Part shown: positions 9,976 to 19,590 of the stretch, piece by piece
Layout: every line of letters begins with the position of its first letter
How positions within the stretch are numbered: position 1 is the stretch's first letter
From: an uncultured bacterium
GTDB lineage: Bacteria; UBP14; UBA6098; B30-G16
Length of the DNA stretch: 64,000 nt
NCBI GenBank assembly: GCA_965552135.1
Contig: CBEVQY010000006.1
Location: forward strand, 8,713-72,712
Direction of reading: 5' to 3'
The notes under the pieces: model-generated
Told to the model about the DNA's origin: nothing
Seen by the model: only the letters and a program-made list of their open reading frames with translations
Database searches by the model: none
Translations under genes and position numbers: made by a program

Positions 9976-11364
9976 ATGATTATCTGTCTTTTGTGTGCTT
10001 TTTTGGCTACGTCTGCGGCGTTTGGTGAGATAGGCTGGTGCGGAAACGTTTGGCCCTTAGATGGCTCCGAGCAGGTCGAGGGCGCTGACCTTGCGGTGTA
10101 CTTCCAGATCTGGAAGGACGGCGTGACCGACGCCGACCCATTCGCCAGGGGCGAGGGTCTTGCGGCGACGCTGTTCTACCGCCTAAGCGGCGAGACCTCG
10201 TGGAACGCCATCCCGATGCACTACAACGTCGACGTCGGCAACAACGATGAGTTTATGGCGACCATCCCCGGCTCGCTCCTTGTGGCTGGAACCGATGTGG
10301 AGGTGTACTGCGAGGGTCTCGACTCCACGGACATGACCACCTGCCAGGGCAACGACCAGAGCGGCAACCCCGCAACCGAGGACGACCCTCTCGTCTATCA
10401 CATCATATCGCCAACGTCGATCGATGTTACGGTGCACTTCTCCGTCAACATGAACGGCGTATCTGAACTGATCGAGCCCGTAAGCGTTGCCGGCACGTTT
10501 ACCGACTGGGGCACAAGCCCTGTGGAGCTCTCCGACCCCGACGAGGACGGCATATACGAAGGCGCTGTGGTCATACCTGCTGGTTCGTCGAGACATCAGG
10601 AGTACAAATACATCATGGGCACCGCCCCAAGCTACGTCTGGGAGGAGATAGGTAACCGGAGCTTCGAGGTCGACGACTCAAACCCTGATCAATACCTGCC
10701 CCTCGATTACTGGAACAACAGGAGCACGAAGCCCATTTGGGTGGTATTTCGCGTCGACATGTCCGCGGAGGAGGTGATTGACCCCTACATAGCCGGCAGT
10801 CAGCCGCCGCTTCACTGGGGCTGGGACGACGGCTGGACCGACGCCGACCGCATATACGACGACGGAACCCACATGGACGAGGTCGCCGGCGACGGTATTT
10901 ACACGACGATAATCGAGTTCCCCGCCGGAACGTACCGCGATATAGAGTATAAGTTCACCACAGACGGCACCGATAACGAGCCGTTGCCACCCTACACAAA
11001 CCACAGGTTCACCCTTACGGAGGATACCGATACGCTCTGGCTGCCCGTTGTGATCTTCGGCGTTCTGGAGGGCGTAGCGGTTGAGCGGCGCGTTCCCACA
11101 AAGCTTTTCGTGCGGAACTATCCCAATCCCTTCAACGCCTCTACGGTCATCGAGTTTGGTTTGACGGAGCCTCCTGCGCAACCCGCAAGGCTTTGCGTGT
11201 ACGACCTCGACGGCAAGCTCGTCGACGTCCTTGTGGACGGGATATCTGCCCCTGGCGTTTATCGCGTCGTTTGGGACGGCGGTGATGCCGCAGCGGGCGT
11301 GTATATATATCGCCTCGAGGGCGAGGGAATAAGTGTGGGTGGGAGGATGATCCTCGTGAAATGA
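9976..11364 (+). CDS. Secreted protein with CBM-like beta-sandwich modules and a T9SS type A C-terminal sorting domain
   Basis: Signal peptide. C-terminus YPNPFNASTVIEF...VYDLDGKLV...GVYRVVWDG...GVYIYRL matches the Por_Secre_tail pattern. Internal module DDGTHMDEVAGDGIYT...YKF resembles the C-terminal module of the GH57 gene at 19591. Confidence 0.6.
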   Translation: MIICLLCAFLATSAAFGEIGWCGNVWPLDGSEQVEGADLAVYFQIWKDGVTDADPFARGEGLAATLFYRLSGETSWNAIPMHYNVDVGNNDEFMATIPGSLLVAGTDVEVYCEGLDSTDMTTCQGNDQSGNPATEDDPLVYHIISPTSIDVTVHFSVNMNGVSELIEPVSVAGTFTDWGTSPVELSDPDEDGIYEGAVVIPAGSSRHQEYKYIMGTAPSYVWEEIGNRSFEVDDSNPDQYLPLDYWNNRSTKPIWVVFRVDMSAEEVIDPYIAGSQPPLHWGWDDGWTDADRIYDDGTHMDEVAGDGIYTTIIEFPAGTYRDIEYKFTTDGTDNEPLPPYTNHRFTLTEDTDTLWLPVVIFGVLEGVAVERRVPTKLFVRNYPNPFNASTVIEFGLTEPPAQPARLCVYDLDGKLVDVLVDGISAPGVYRVVWDGGDAAAGVYIYRLEGEGISVGGRMILVK

Positions 11365-14300
11365 GGGGAAGGGCGATAAAAAGCGTTTTTGTGCTTGCGG
11401 CTTTTGTGTACGCAGCGCCTTACAACACGCCCAGTGTGGACGGCACGATCAATATAGCGCCCGACGACTGGGATGCCGATGAGCTCCTCGTCGACGATCC
11501 TCTCGGCGATTCGTACTGGGGTTCGAACAACGACATCGACGATGTGTTCCTGACTTGGGATGCCCAATACCTTTACCTTGGCATCAGGTTCACCGTCTCC
11601 GACAACGGGATGGTGCTTTATGTTGAGTCGGGTCTTCCGGGGGGCGTCACCGACTTTAGCAGCGCGAGGGGCTACCGCGGCGCCTTCCCGCGGAACATAA
11701 GATTCCCGAGCGACTGCGGCATCGACCTTATGATCGGCAGCTGGAACGGCGAGGGACCTTACGTGTATCTTCTCGCCGACAGCTCGAGCACCGACGTGAC
11801 CTCGTCGTGCATCGTCGCAACGGGGGGAGGTTTTGAGCAGGAGGTAGCCGTTCCGTGGGAGCTTATTTATTCTTCGGCTTCGGGCGTTGTTCAGGCGGGG
11901 GCTGAGCTTAGGGTTGTGTGCGTTATAGTTGGCGGGGACGACTACGGCGGCTGCGACGCCGCCCCCGACAACAGCTCCATCGACGGCGGCGCAGGACCAC
12001 ACGATATAAACCAACTCGCCTCCGTTCTGGTCGATGCCGATGGCGACGGCATACCCGACTACGAAGGAGAGGCGCTTTCGGGGTACATCACCTTTGACGA
12101 TACGCTCTTTGCGGAGCCGCCCTACCCGCAGGCGCTCGTCGAGGTCTTCTCGGAGGCAAGCGGCGAGCTTGTGGCAAGCGCAAGGTCATCAAGCGAGGAC
12201 GGCTCATATTTTCTGGCCGGGCTTGTTGCGGGGCAGATCTACGACGTTGTCGCGAGCGCCAACGGCTTTGCACCCGACACGGCGGCGGGCTTCGTCGCCT
12301 CGGAGGGTGTAAACGAGCTTGACTTCGTTTTGGAGCCCTACGGCGGCTCGATCTACGGGGTCGTAAGCCCGTCCGATTTCCCCACGGTGGTTTACGCCCG
12401 CCAGGGGACGACTGTCGTCGGCTTCGGAGATACGACGGAGGCGGGCAGCGGGGAGTACGAAATCACACACCTTCCTCCGGGCTTCTTCGAGGTTGTTGCG
12501 CAGCCGCAATCGAGCGACTACCTGCCGCAGGTCGTGGAGAGCGTTTGGGTCGGTTTGGACTCTGCGACGCGAGTCGATATAGCGCTCGAGCGCGCCGGCG
12601 TTGTGCGCGAGGTCACCGACGCCACAGGCGACGACTACGGACCGGGATGGTACCAATACCCCACCGACAGGGTCTTCGTCGACGGTGCGTTCGACATAGA
12701 GTTCGTCAAGATCAGGGACCTTGGCGAAAGCTATCAGTTCGAAATCGGTGTGGGCGATATACCTGGTCCCTCCGTCGTCGACTGGAACCCCTACTACCCG
12801 CCGCTCAACCTGCAGAAGATCGATATATATATCGACTGTCACAGGGGCGGTTCACGCGTTGGGCTGCCAAACCGAAACGTCACCTTCGCCGCAACCGACG
12901 CATGGGATTTCGCAATATCCGCCGACGGCTGGTGGGTGGGCTTGCTCGCCTCGAACGGACAAGATATATTCTCCAACTACACCCAAAACACGTCGGACGT
13001 AACGGTCGACGCCGATACTGCGACGGACAGGATGTGGATAACCGTCTCCAAGGATGCGCTCGTCGACCATATGGGGCTTGCCGATACAAGCAAGTTCGAT
13101 CAGTGGGACTTTATCGTTCTTATGCTTGGGCACGATTTTTCGGGTGTTGAGGGCGTCAGGTGGGTGAATTCGGGCACGTCGAATCAGTGGGAGTTCAACA
13201 ACGGCGCCGACGGCGACGTCGACCCCAACGTGATCGACCTGGTCGTCATGCCCGGCCTGGACGCCAGCGGTCAACCCAAAGAGCCCGGTCGAAGCCAGGA
13301 GGAGATGCTCGACTACACGATACAAAGCCCCGTCGTGCTCGAAGCTGCAAGAAGCTACGACATCACTCCGCCCACGATTGAGTATGAGCCGCCCTCCGAG
13401 CTTTTATATCTTTCGGGAAGCGGGGGGGTATATATCGAGGTCTCCGTCGACGACGACGTGGCTGTTGCGGATGTGCGCCTTTATTGGCGAAATATTGGGG
13501 ACGCCGAATGGCATGCTGTCGATATGGGATACCGGGAAAGGGTCGATCGCTTTGTCGGCGATATACCCTTCGAGCAGCTTAAGCCCGATTCTTTCGAGAT
13601 GTTCTTCGAGGCGTTCGATTCGGCGGGCAACGTGGCGTATTTTCCGCAGGATTATCCCGACACCGCGACGCCCTGCGAGCCAACATATCCTCTTTCGACG
13701 TGTTCCCCTGATCCCACGCGTGTGCTGCCCGCAGTCGAGGAGATCGACTCCTTCGCCGAGCGTATCGCAATCAACACGTTCGTGGGCGAAAAGGATATAA
13801 AGTTCCCCGACGGAACGATCCTTGTGTTTGACCGAAGCGCGGTCTTTCCGGATGTCGATACTATTATAATAAGCTTTGCCGCCGGCGATGCTCCCGATGA
13901 GCTTGGCGCGCCTCAAGCCTTTCTGCCCGAGCTGACGCCGCTTGGGATATATCGCCGGCTTCGGGTCTCATCCGAAAAAGGGGACCAGGTTTTCGAGCAG
14001 AGGGCGACGATCTCCCTTCACTACTGCGATTGGAGCACCTCTTTGGGTGATGGCGAGCCTGTTCTTTGTGTTTGGCGGGCGGGTGTGCCGCGGTGGATAT
14101 CCCTTGGGGGCAGCAACGACGCACAATCTAACTCGATGGAAGCCATGTACGACGCAAACGGAACGGTTTTCCTCGGCGTTTTCTACGACTCAACCCTGAA
14201 GCCGCTTGATGAACCTATATCTAACATAATAATAACTCCTAACCCGTTCTCGCCCAACGGCGACGGTTTATACGATGAGACGAATATCACCTTTGACTTA

Positions 14301-14540
14301 GCCTACGACGGTCGTCTCGATGCCGATATATTCGATATGCACGGGCGCTTAATCAAAGTACTTGCGAGGAATCTGCAGGTTTCGGAGGGGAGAAATATCA
14401 ATTTAGTTTGGGATGGTCGCGGCGCTGACGGCAGGACTCAGCCGATGGGTATATATATGCTTTCGGTTCGTTTTACTTATATTTTCGAGGGAAATGAACG
14501 GATTGATAGGCGGAACGAAGCCATCGTGGTGGTGAGATGA
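11361..14540 (+). CDS. Large secreted protein with a glucodextranase-like domain and a T9SS type B C-terminal domain
   Basis: Signal peptide. DDYGPGWYQYPTDRVFVDGAFD resembles the start of a glucodextranase C-terminal-like domain. The extreme C-terminus PNPFSPNGDGLYDE...FDMHGRLIK is the type B (gliding-motility-type) CTD hallmark. The 3' approximately 350 bp are AT-richer. Confidence 0.65.
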   Translation: MRGRAIKSVFVLAAFVYAAPYNTPSVDGTINIAPDDWDADELLVDDPLGDSYWGSNNDIDDVFLTWDAQYLYLGIRFTVSDNGMVLYVESGLPGGVTDFSSARGYRGAFPRNIRFPSDCGIDLMIGSWNGEGPYVYLLADSSSTDVTSSCIVATGGGFEQEVAVPWELIYSSASGVVQAGAELRVVCVIVGGDDYGGCDAAPDNSSIDGGAGPHDINQLASVLVDADGDGIPDYEGEALSGYITFDDTLFAEPPYPQALVEVFSEASGELVASARSSSEDGSYFLAGLVAGQIYDVVASANGFAPDTAAGFVASEGVNELDFVLEPYGGSIYGVVSPSDFPTVVYARQGTTVVGFGDTTEAGSGEYEITHLPPGFFEVVAQPQSSDYLPQVVESVWVGLDSATRVDIALERAGVVREVTDATGDDYGPGWYQYPTDRVFVDGAFDIEFVKIRDLGESYQFEIGVGDIPGPSVVDWNPYYPPLNLQKIDIYIDCHRGGSRVGLPNRNVTFAATDAWDFAISADGWWVGLLASNGQDIFSNYTQNTSDVTVDADTATDRMWITVSKDALVDHMGLADTSKFDQWDFIVLMLGHDFSGVEGVRWVNSGTSNQWEFNNGADGDVDPNVIDLVVMPGLDASGQPKEPGRSQEEMLDYTIQSPVVLEAARSYDITPPTIEYEPPSELLYLSGSGGVYIEVSVDDDVAVADVRLYWRNIGDAEWHAVDMGYRERVDRFVGDIPFEQLKPDSFEMFFEAFDSAGNVAYFPQDYPDTATPCEPTYPLSTCSPDPTRVLPAVEEIDSFAERIAINTFVGEKDIKFPDGTILVFDRSAVFPDVDTIIISFAAGDAPDELGAPQAFLPELTPLGIYRRLRVSSEKGDQVFEQRATISLHYCDWSTSLGDGEPVLCVWRAGVPRWISLGGSNDAQSNSMEAMYDANGTVFLGVFYDSTLKPLDEPISNIIITPNPFSPNGDGLYDETNITFDLAYDGRLDADIFDMHGRLIKVLARNLQVSEGRNINLVWDGRGADGRTQPMGIYMLSVRFTYIFEGNERIDRRNEAIVVVR

Positions 14541-15400
14541 AGGGGCAGATATCGTTCAAATTGCTTTGCGTTCTGTTGTTTGTTGGCTCCGCTTTTGGCT
14601 CGGATCTGGATATTTACGTCAACGGTGGCACCCGCGCTGTGTCGGTGGGCAATGCGTATACGGCTTTGTGTGACGCCGCCGACGCAGTTTTCTGGAACCC
14701 GGCGCGCATGCACTCGGACAAACGGGTAAACTTTGCCGCAAACTACGCGAGGATGTACGGGGTAGGTGGATTATATAACTTTTCCTCTGCTTTTACGCTC
14801 AGTTTCTCGAAGTGGGCGTTGGGGGTAGGTTGGAACGGGAATATATTGAGCGATGTTTACGGTGAAAACGTTGTGCTTCTTGGAGTGTCGCGGTCGGTTT
14901 CGCGCTCCATTTCGCTTGGAGGAGCTGCTAAAGGCATATATATATCTGCCCCGGGTTATCTTAAATATTCTGACCCCAGCTTCAGACGCCGCTGCGTTGC
15001 GCTCACGCTAAGTCTGGCTTTGGATTGTAAGCCTCTGTATAATCTCGACTGCGCGCTTGTCCTCGATGACCTTCTGGAGCCCGAAGTCTCTCTGCTAACA
15101 TCGACTGCAGAAAAAGATAGACTCAGGCGCGAAATTAGATTGGGACTTGCGTATCACTTACAGCAATATTTAGTTCTCAGCGCCGACCTTGCCGGTGGAT
15201 TCGACATGGACGATTGGAGATTTAATATAGGTACGGAAGTCAGGTTTTTCGGGGCGCTGGCGCTCCGCAGCGGTTTTTCCAACGGTAGGTTAGGACTGGG
15301 AGTTGGACTTTTCGCGAAGAACTGGAAAGCCGACTTCGGCGTGTATTCACACCGAGTCCTTGGAAACAGATATCAGTTTTCAATAAAATTAAGACGTTGA
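14537..15400 (+). CDS. PorP/SprF-family T9SS outer-membrane protein (putative cognate partner of the type B cargo)
   Basis: Signal peptide, N-terminal ...AYTALCDAADAVFWNPA motif, 287 aa. 4-bp overlap with the upstream type B CTD gene, the arrangement seen for sprB/sprF-like pairs. Confidence 0.5.
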   Translation: MKGQISFKLLCVLLFVGSAFGSDLDIYVNGGTRAVSVGNAYTALCDAADAVFWNPARMHSDKRVNFAANYARMYGVGGLYNFSSAFTLSFSKWALGVGWNGNILSDVYGENVVLLGVSRSVSRSISLGGAAKGIYISAPGYLKYSDPSFRRRCVALTLSLALDCKPLYNLDCALVLDDLLEPEVSLLTSTAEKDRLRREIRLGLAYHLQQYLVLSADLAGGFDMDDWRFNIGTEVRFFGALALRSGFSNGRLGLGVGLFAKNWKADFGVYSHRVLGNRYQFSIKLRR

Positions 15401-15403
15401 GCT

Positions 15404-16849
15404 ATGACGCAGTTTTATAAATTAGTGGTGCTTCTGCTGCCTTTGATTTGCTACGGCGCTGTTCGGTTGGACGGTTATTTCGAGAACGTCAACCACTGCG
15501 ACTGGAATCTCCGCTGGTATATGAGTGAACCACATAACAACCTTGAGCTCCGTTTCACAGGGACGCCGGCTAAAAATATAGAGGCTTTTATTAAATTTCA
15601 CGCTGAATCCGACAAGTTTTTGAACAATAACCGCGCTTGTCGCTATACGATCTACGATATGCTTGAGATGCACGGTAAGTTTCGCTGGGACAGGGGGTTG
15701 GAGGTGGTTGTGTTCTCCCGCGAAAATCGCTTTTGGTTTCCGCAGGGGCTTATGGAGCTGGTTTCACAATGGGTGGTCAACGACGGCGGCAACGCGCAGG
15801 GCGTTCGGATAGACTTCTGGAACCTGTGGAAATTTTACGGGGTTATCATCCATAGCGATTATTCCCAGTCCTCTGGGGAGGACGCAAACATATTGCGCTG
15901 GAACCTGCCACTTTTTGATAATAAAGTGCGAATATCGTCAACGCTGGCGCGCAAGGATTGGGGAACCGAGAGCGGCAACTATAACGCCATTTACTCACTT
16001 GACGCGCACCTCTCCGTAGGCAGACTCTTGCCGTTCCTGCATCGCTTCGGGAACATAGCGCTGTGGACGGAGGTTGCAAGAAGTCACATTCCGGAGAATC
16101 CCCAGAGGAACCTGGCTTTTGCGGCGGAGGTAAGGAATATTCGCTGGGGTGGACTGGACGCGCAGTTCTCCTATCATAAGGTTCAGGAGAATTTTCGTTC
16201 ATATTTGTCGAGCGACTACGATTGGGGGCAGAAATATAATGAAGAAGGTTTTTCCGTCCAGGGAACCTATTTCTTTCCCATGAAGGCAGTGAACTTTACG
16301 TCGAAATATTCTTACTATGTATCCCCGGTCAATCGGGCATTCCCGGTATGTTCGACTAACCCAAAACGGCGTTATCAGGAGTGGTATAATGAGTTATATA
16401 TCGAGTTTATATACGATGTTAAATGTAAGATTTGGTATCGGTATTACCGTGGCTGGGACATGAATTATGACGCCTATAAAACCTACCCCTCTCTTTTTGG
16501 AGAGATATCCTTCGAGAACTATTTTGCAAAAGTTCGTTTGCAGGCAAAGTGGAAAGACATTGGCACTCCGTATGATTTGCAAGCTTTCGGCATTGAAATA
16601 AACGCTAATATCTCACGCAACTGGAAACTCTATATACGTTCGATGAATGTAAATGAAATTGCGGAGTCGAGACAAACTGTTTTCGCTCAGCTTCAATATC
16701 ACGGCTGGTCTAATACCGATTTCTTTATTGAGTTCGGTAATCCATATGATTCAGACAACGACTTAACTAACGATGACGATTTTGTCGATGTTTCTGCCAA
16801 TCACGGTATAAGCAAGCAACTGAAGACATATATTCGATTTTACTTCTAA
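15404..16849 (+). CDS. Putative outer-membrane beta-barrel protein (hypothetical)
   Basis: Signal peptide, abundant alternating aromatic residues, C-terminal ...YIRFYF (terminal Phe typical of outer-membrane beta-barrels). AT-rich codon usage, within the island. Confidence 0.45.
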   Translation: MTQFYKLVVLLLPLICYGAVRLDGYFENVNHCDWNLRWYMSEPHNNLELRFTGTPAKNIEAFIKFHAESDKFLNNNRACRYTIYDMLEMHGKFRWDRGLEVVVFSRENRFWFPQGLMELVSQWVVNDGGNAQGVRIDFWNLWKFYGVIIHSDYSQSSGEDANILRWNLPLFDNKVRISSTLARKDWGTESGNYNAIYSLDAHLSVGRLLPFLHRFGNIALWTEVARSHIPENPQRNLAFAAEVRNIRWGGLDAQFSYHKVQENFRSYLSSDYDWGQKYNEEGFSVQGTYFFPMKAVNFTSKYSYYVSPVNRAFPVCSTNPKRRYQEWYNELYIEFIYDVKCKIWYRYYRGWDMNYDAYKTYPSLFGEISFENYFAKVRLQAKWKDIGTPYDLQAFGIEINANISRNWKLYIRSMNVNEIAESRQTVFAQLQYHGWSNTDFFIEFGNPYDSDNDLTNDDDFVDVSANHGISKQLKTYIRFYF

Positions 16850-16856
16850 GGAGGCT

Positions 16857-19169
16857 TTGATGAGGCAAGATTTATATATCATATTAGTGTTCTTCATCTT
16901 CTTTTCAGCAAGCCATGCGAAATACATTGTCAAAGGCGACAGCGTTACCTTCGTTTATGCTGACTCCAGCGCGCGCGAGGTTTACGTAGCCGGAGATTTC
17001 AATAACTGGGATCCTCGCGACATTAGGCTGGAGCGTAGCGATGGCATCTTTACTATTACGATCTTCGTTTCCCCGGGGCGTCATGAGTATAAATTTATAG
17101 TCGATGGTATTTGGAAGGAGGATCCAGATAATCCCGAAACTGTTCCCGACCCGTATGGAGGCAAAAATTCCGTCTTGTGGGTCGGGCGTAGATCAAAGGA
17201 TATTGAACTGCAGTCCGTAAAGATTGGTGGTAAAGCTTTATTTACGTATTATAATCCAAGTGCACGGGAAGTATACCTTGCGGGCGAGTTCAATAATTGG
17301 AATCCCCGTCAGCTATTAATGGAGAATCACGACGGCACTTGGGAAATTAGGCTTGACTTGCCCCCGGGTGAATATGAATATAAATTTGTGGTTGACGGTG
17401 TTTGGACTGCTGATCCATTGAATCCGGTTACACGCGGTCCAATGGGAAATTCTGTCATAAAAATAAACCCCGACGGCACGGCGACATATCCTCGAGGTGC
17501 GCGCCTTTTGGCTAATTCCATTGCGTCGTCGCGGATTTTGTTCGGTGGTTTGTTTACGTCGCATCTTGTTACCTATCACGATCGTGATCTGCCGGGCGAT
17601 TATAACGGCGACGGGCGCCTAAAGCTGTATAAACCAGCGATCTTGGCGGCTGTAGATTTGAGGGTTCATATAAGTGAAGGAGTCTCTTTGACGACATCGT
17701 TTGATGTCAACGCTTTTGATGCCGAGAAGATTTACGAAGCGCACTTTCGGATCGACTCAATTGGCGCTTCATTTGAGTCGGATAATTTTAATTTACGACT
17801 TTTTTATAACATGGACGTGTTTTCCACCGACGATCCTTTGAGGGCTGTGGGTGGCATGAAGTATCCCGAACCGACTTTCGAGCCTTGCAGGTCGCTGGGG
17901 TTGGGATATGCAGGGCTTTATTTGCGGAAGCAGTGGGCTGAGGGTATCTTGCGAGGAACAGCTTTTGATATATTGTTCGCAAATCTATTCAAGGATTGGA
18001 GCTTCAGTCCGGACTCTTTTGATTTCATAAACATGCTTCGAAGACGTGCGGTGGGTTTTTGGCGCTCGGATATAATTAGCACCAGTGAACCTCGCGATTT
18101 TTCCGATTACGGCACCGATATGTTGATCGCGCGCATAACGCGCTCGTTGCAGTTTGGTAAGCTTGGTCTTACCGTGCGATTTGACAAGAATGGATGGTGG
18201 CTGCCTTTGTCAGAAATTACCTATGAAAACATTGATTCAATTTATGAAGCCTATGAGCTCCATTCCGATTGGCTGGAGCTTGGCTCGTATGAGTTAGGAA
18301 CGGGGGTTGATTTGTTAATCTCACCATTGAAAGGCTGGGATTTTTCGGGTGAGTATATGTTGTGGAGCTATCGTTCTTCTATCGATGCAGGCAATCGCGA
18401 GAACAGTGATCATACAGGGGATTCAACAATCAACATCACACTTGGCGCACAAACTGGTTATTTAGCGTCGGGGTGTGTGAATGTGAACATATATGAGCCA
18501 ATTACTATCGGTCTTACTTATTTGCTTGAACGCTATGATAGTATGGCGCGAGAAGATGTTTATATATATCCTATGTCTAACGATGGTTCTACTGGAAGGC
18601 CTACATTGGCGTACTTGCATATGCCCAACTATAATCGTTCGCGTATAGAAGGATCGCTGCGGGTGACCACAGCTGCTTTTAGCTCTGCCGTGCACATCGG
18701 TTGGGATAAGTCGACCGAATGGAATACGTTTTTTGCTGATTTGAATGGAAATTGCTCGCCTTTTCGAAGGATAAGAATTAAGAGCAAGGGTTTCTATGCC
18801 AGGGGTAATGCCAATGCGTACGATTTCTGTGACGCAGGCGGTGTTGTGAATGTACAATTTGAGATACTGCGTGATTGGGGATTGGAGTTTGATCTATTTG
18901 GTCGGTGGCTCAGAGTTCGGAGCGACACCAGCGAAAGCGTAACTGGTCTTGTTTTGGCGCCTTATTGCGCATTTTTATATGAGCCAGTTCCTCATACACG
19001 GCTTGAGATTTCATATGGGGTAAGACCCTATAATGTGATAGGTCAATATGTCGGCAGAACGGAATGGGTATACAACACAATGCGGCAGAATTCGCTGAGT
19101 TTTATTACTGCACTGCAACGTCTCGAGGCTTATCGATGTGTTAACTTGTACGCAAGCGTGAGGTTTTGA
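16857..19169 (+). CDS. Secreted protein with tandem CBM48 / AMPK-beta-type glycogen-binding domains fused to a putative outer-membrane beta-barrel
   Basis: Signal peptide. Two repeats of (F/Y)..AREVY(V/L)AG(D/E)FNNW(D/N)PR...(E/H)Y(K/E)YKF(I/V)VDG(I/V)W..DP.NP match the AMPK-beta glycogen-binding domain. The C-terminal approximately 550 aa are beta-rich and end in ...LYASVRF. Confidence 0.6.
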   Translation: MMRQDLYIILVFFIFFSASHAKYIVKGDSVTFVYADSSAREVYVAGDFNNWDPRDIRLERSDGIFTITIFVSPGRHEYKFIVDGIWKEDPDNPETVPDPYGGKNSVLWVGRRSKDIELQSVKIGGKALFTYYNPSAREVYLAGEFNNWNPRQLLMENHDGTWEIRLDLPPGEYEYKFVVDGVWTADPLNPVTRGPMGNSVIKINPDGTATYPRGARLLANSIASSRILFGGLFTSHLVTYHDRDLPGDYNGDGRLKLYKPAILAAVDLRVHISEGVSLTTSFDVNAFDAEKIYEAHFRIDSIGASFESDNFNLRLFYNMDVFSTDDPLRAVGGMKYPEPTFEPCRSLGLGYAGLYLRKQWAEGILRGTAFDILFANLFKDWSFSPDSFDFINMLRRRAVGFWRSDIISTSEPRDFSDYGTDMLIARITRSLQFGKLGLTVRFDKNGWWLPLSEITYENIDSIYEAYELHSDWLELGSYELGTGVDLLISPLKGWDFSGEYMLWSYRSSIDAGNRENSDHTGDSTINITLGAQTGYLASGCVNVNIYEPITIGLTYLLERYDSMAREDVYIYPMSNDGSTGRPTLAYLHMPNYNRSRIEGSLRVTTAAFSSAVHIGWDKSTEWNTFFADLNGNCSPFRRIRIKSKGFYARGNANAYDFCDAGGVVNVQFEILRDWGLEFDLFGRWLRVRSDTSESVTGLVLAPYCAFLYEPVPHTRLEISYGVRPYNVIGQYVGRTEWVYNTMRQNSLSFITALQRLEAYRCVNLYASVRF

Positions 19170-19171
19170 AA

Positions 19172-19573
19172 ATGGCGGAAAGAACTATGCAACTTATGGT
19201 TTGCATTTGGATTTTGTTTGTCATTTCATGTATCGGTTGTGCACATCTTATAAAAAATAGATTACCCCCACCGCATAAGGTTGATGGCGGGATACTTTTT
19301 CAATATGAAAACAAAGCCGCCCATTCCGTCAACCTTGCGGGAAACTTCAACGGCTGGTGCGGCACAAAGGAGTACGGTAGATTTGATCCGTCGATAGGTG
19401 TAATGCACGATGATGATGGGGATGGAATATGGGAAATTATTGTTCCATTGCCGCCCGGACGGTATCAATATAAATTCGTCATCGATAACGGAGCTAGTTG
19501 GGTCCTTGATCCCAATAATCCATTGACTGACTATGAAGATGGTATTGAAAACTCTCTCTTAATTGTGGAATAA
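19172..19573 (+). CDS. Small CBM48 (glycogen-binding domain) lipoprotein
   Basis: Lipobox (FVISC), then a single domain: VNLAGNFNGW...GIWEIIVPLPPGRYQYKFVIDNG.WVLDPNNP. About 134 aa. Confidence 0.6.
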   Translation: MAERTMQLMVCIWILFVISCIGCAHLIKNRLPPPHKVDGGILFQYENKAAHSVNLAGNFNGWCGTKEYGRFDPSIGVMHDDDGDGIWEIIVPLPPGRYQYKFVIDNGASWVLDPNNPLTDYEDGIENSLLIVE

Positions 19574-19590
19574 TAACATGAGGAGTCATT

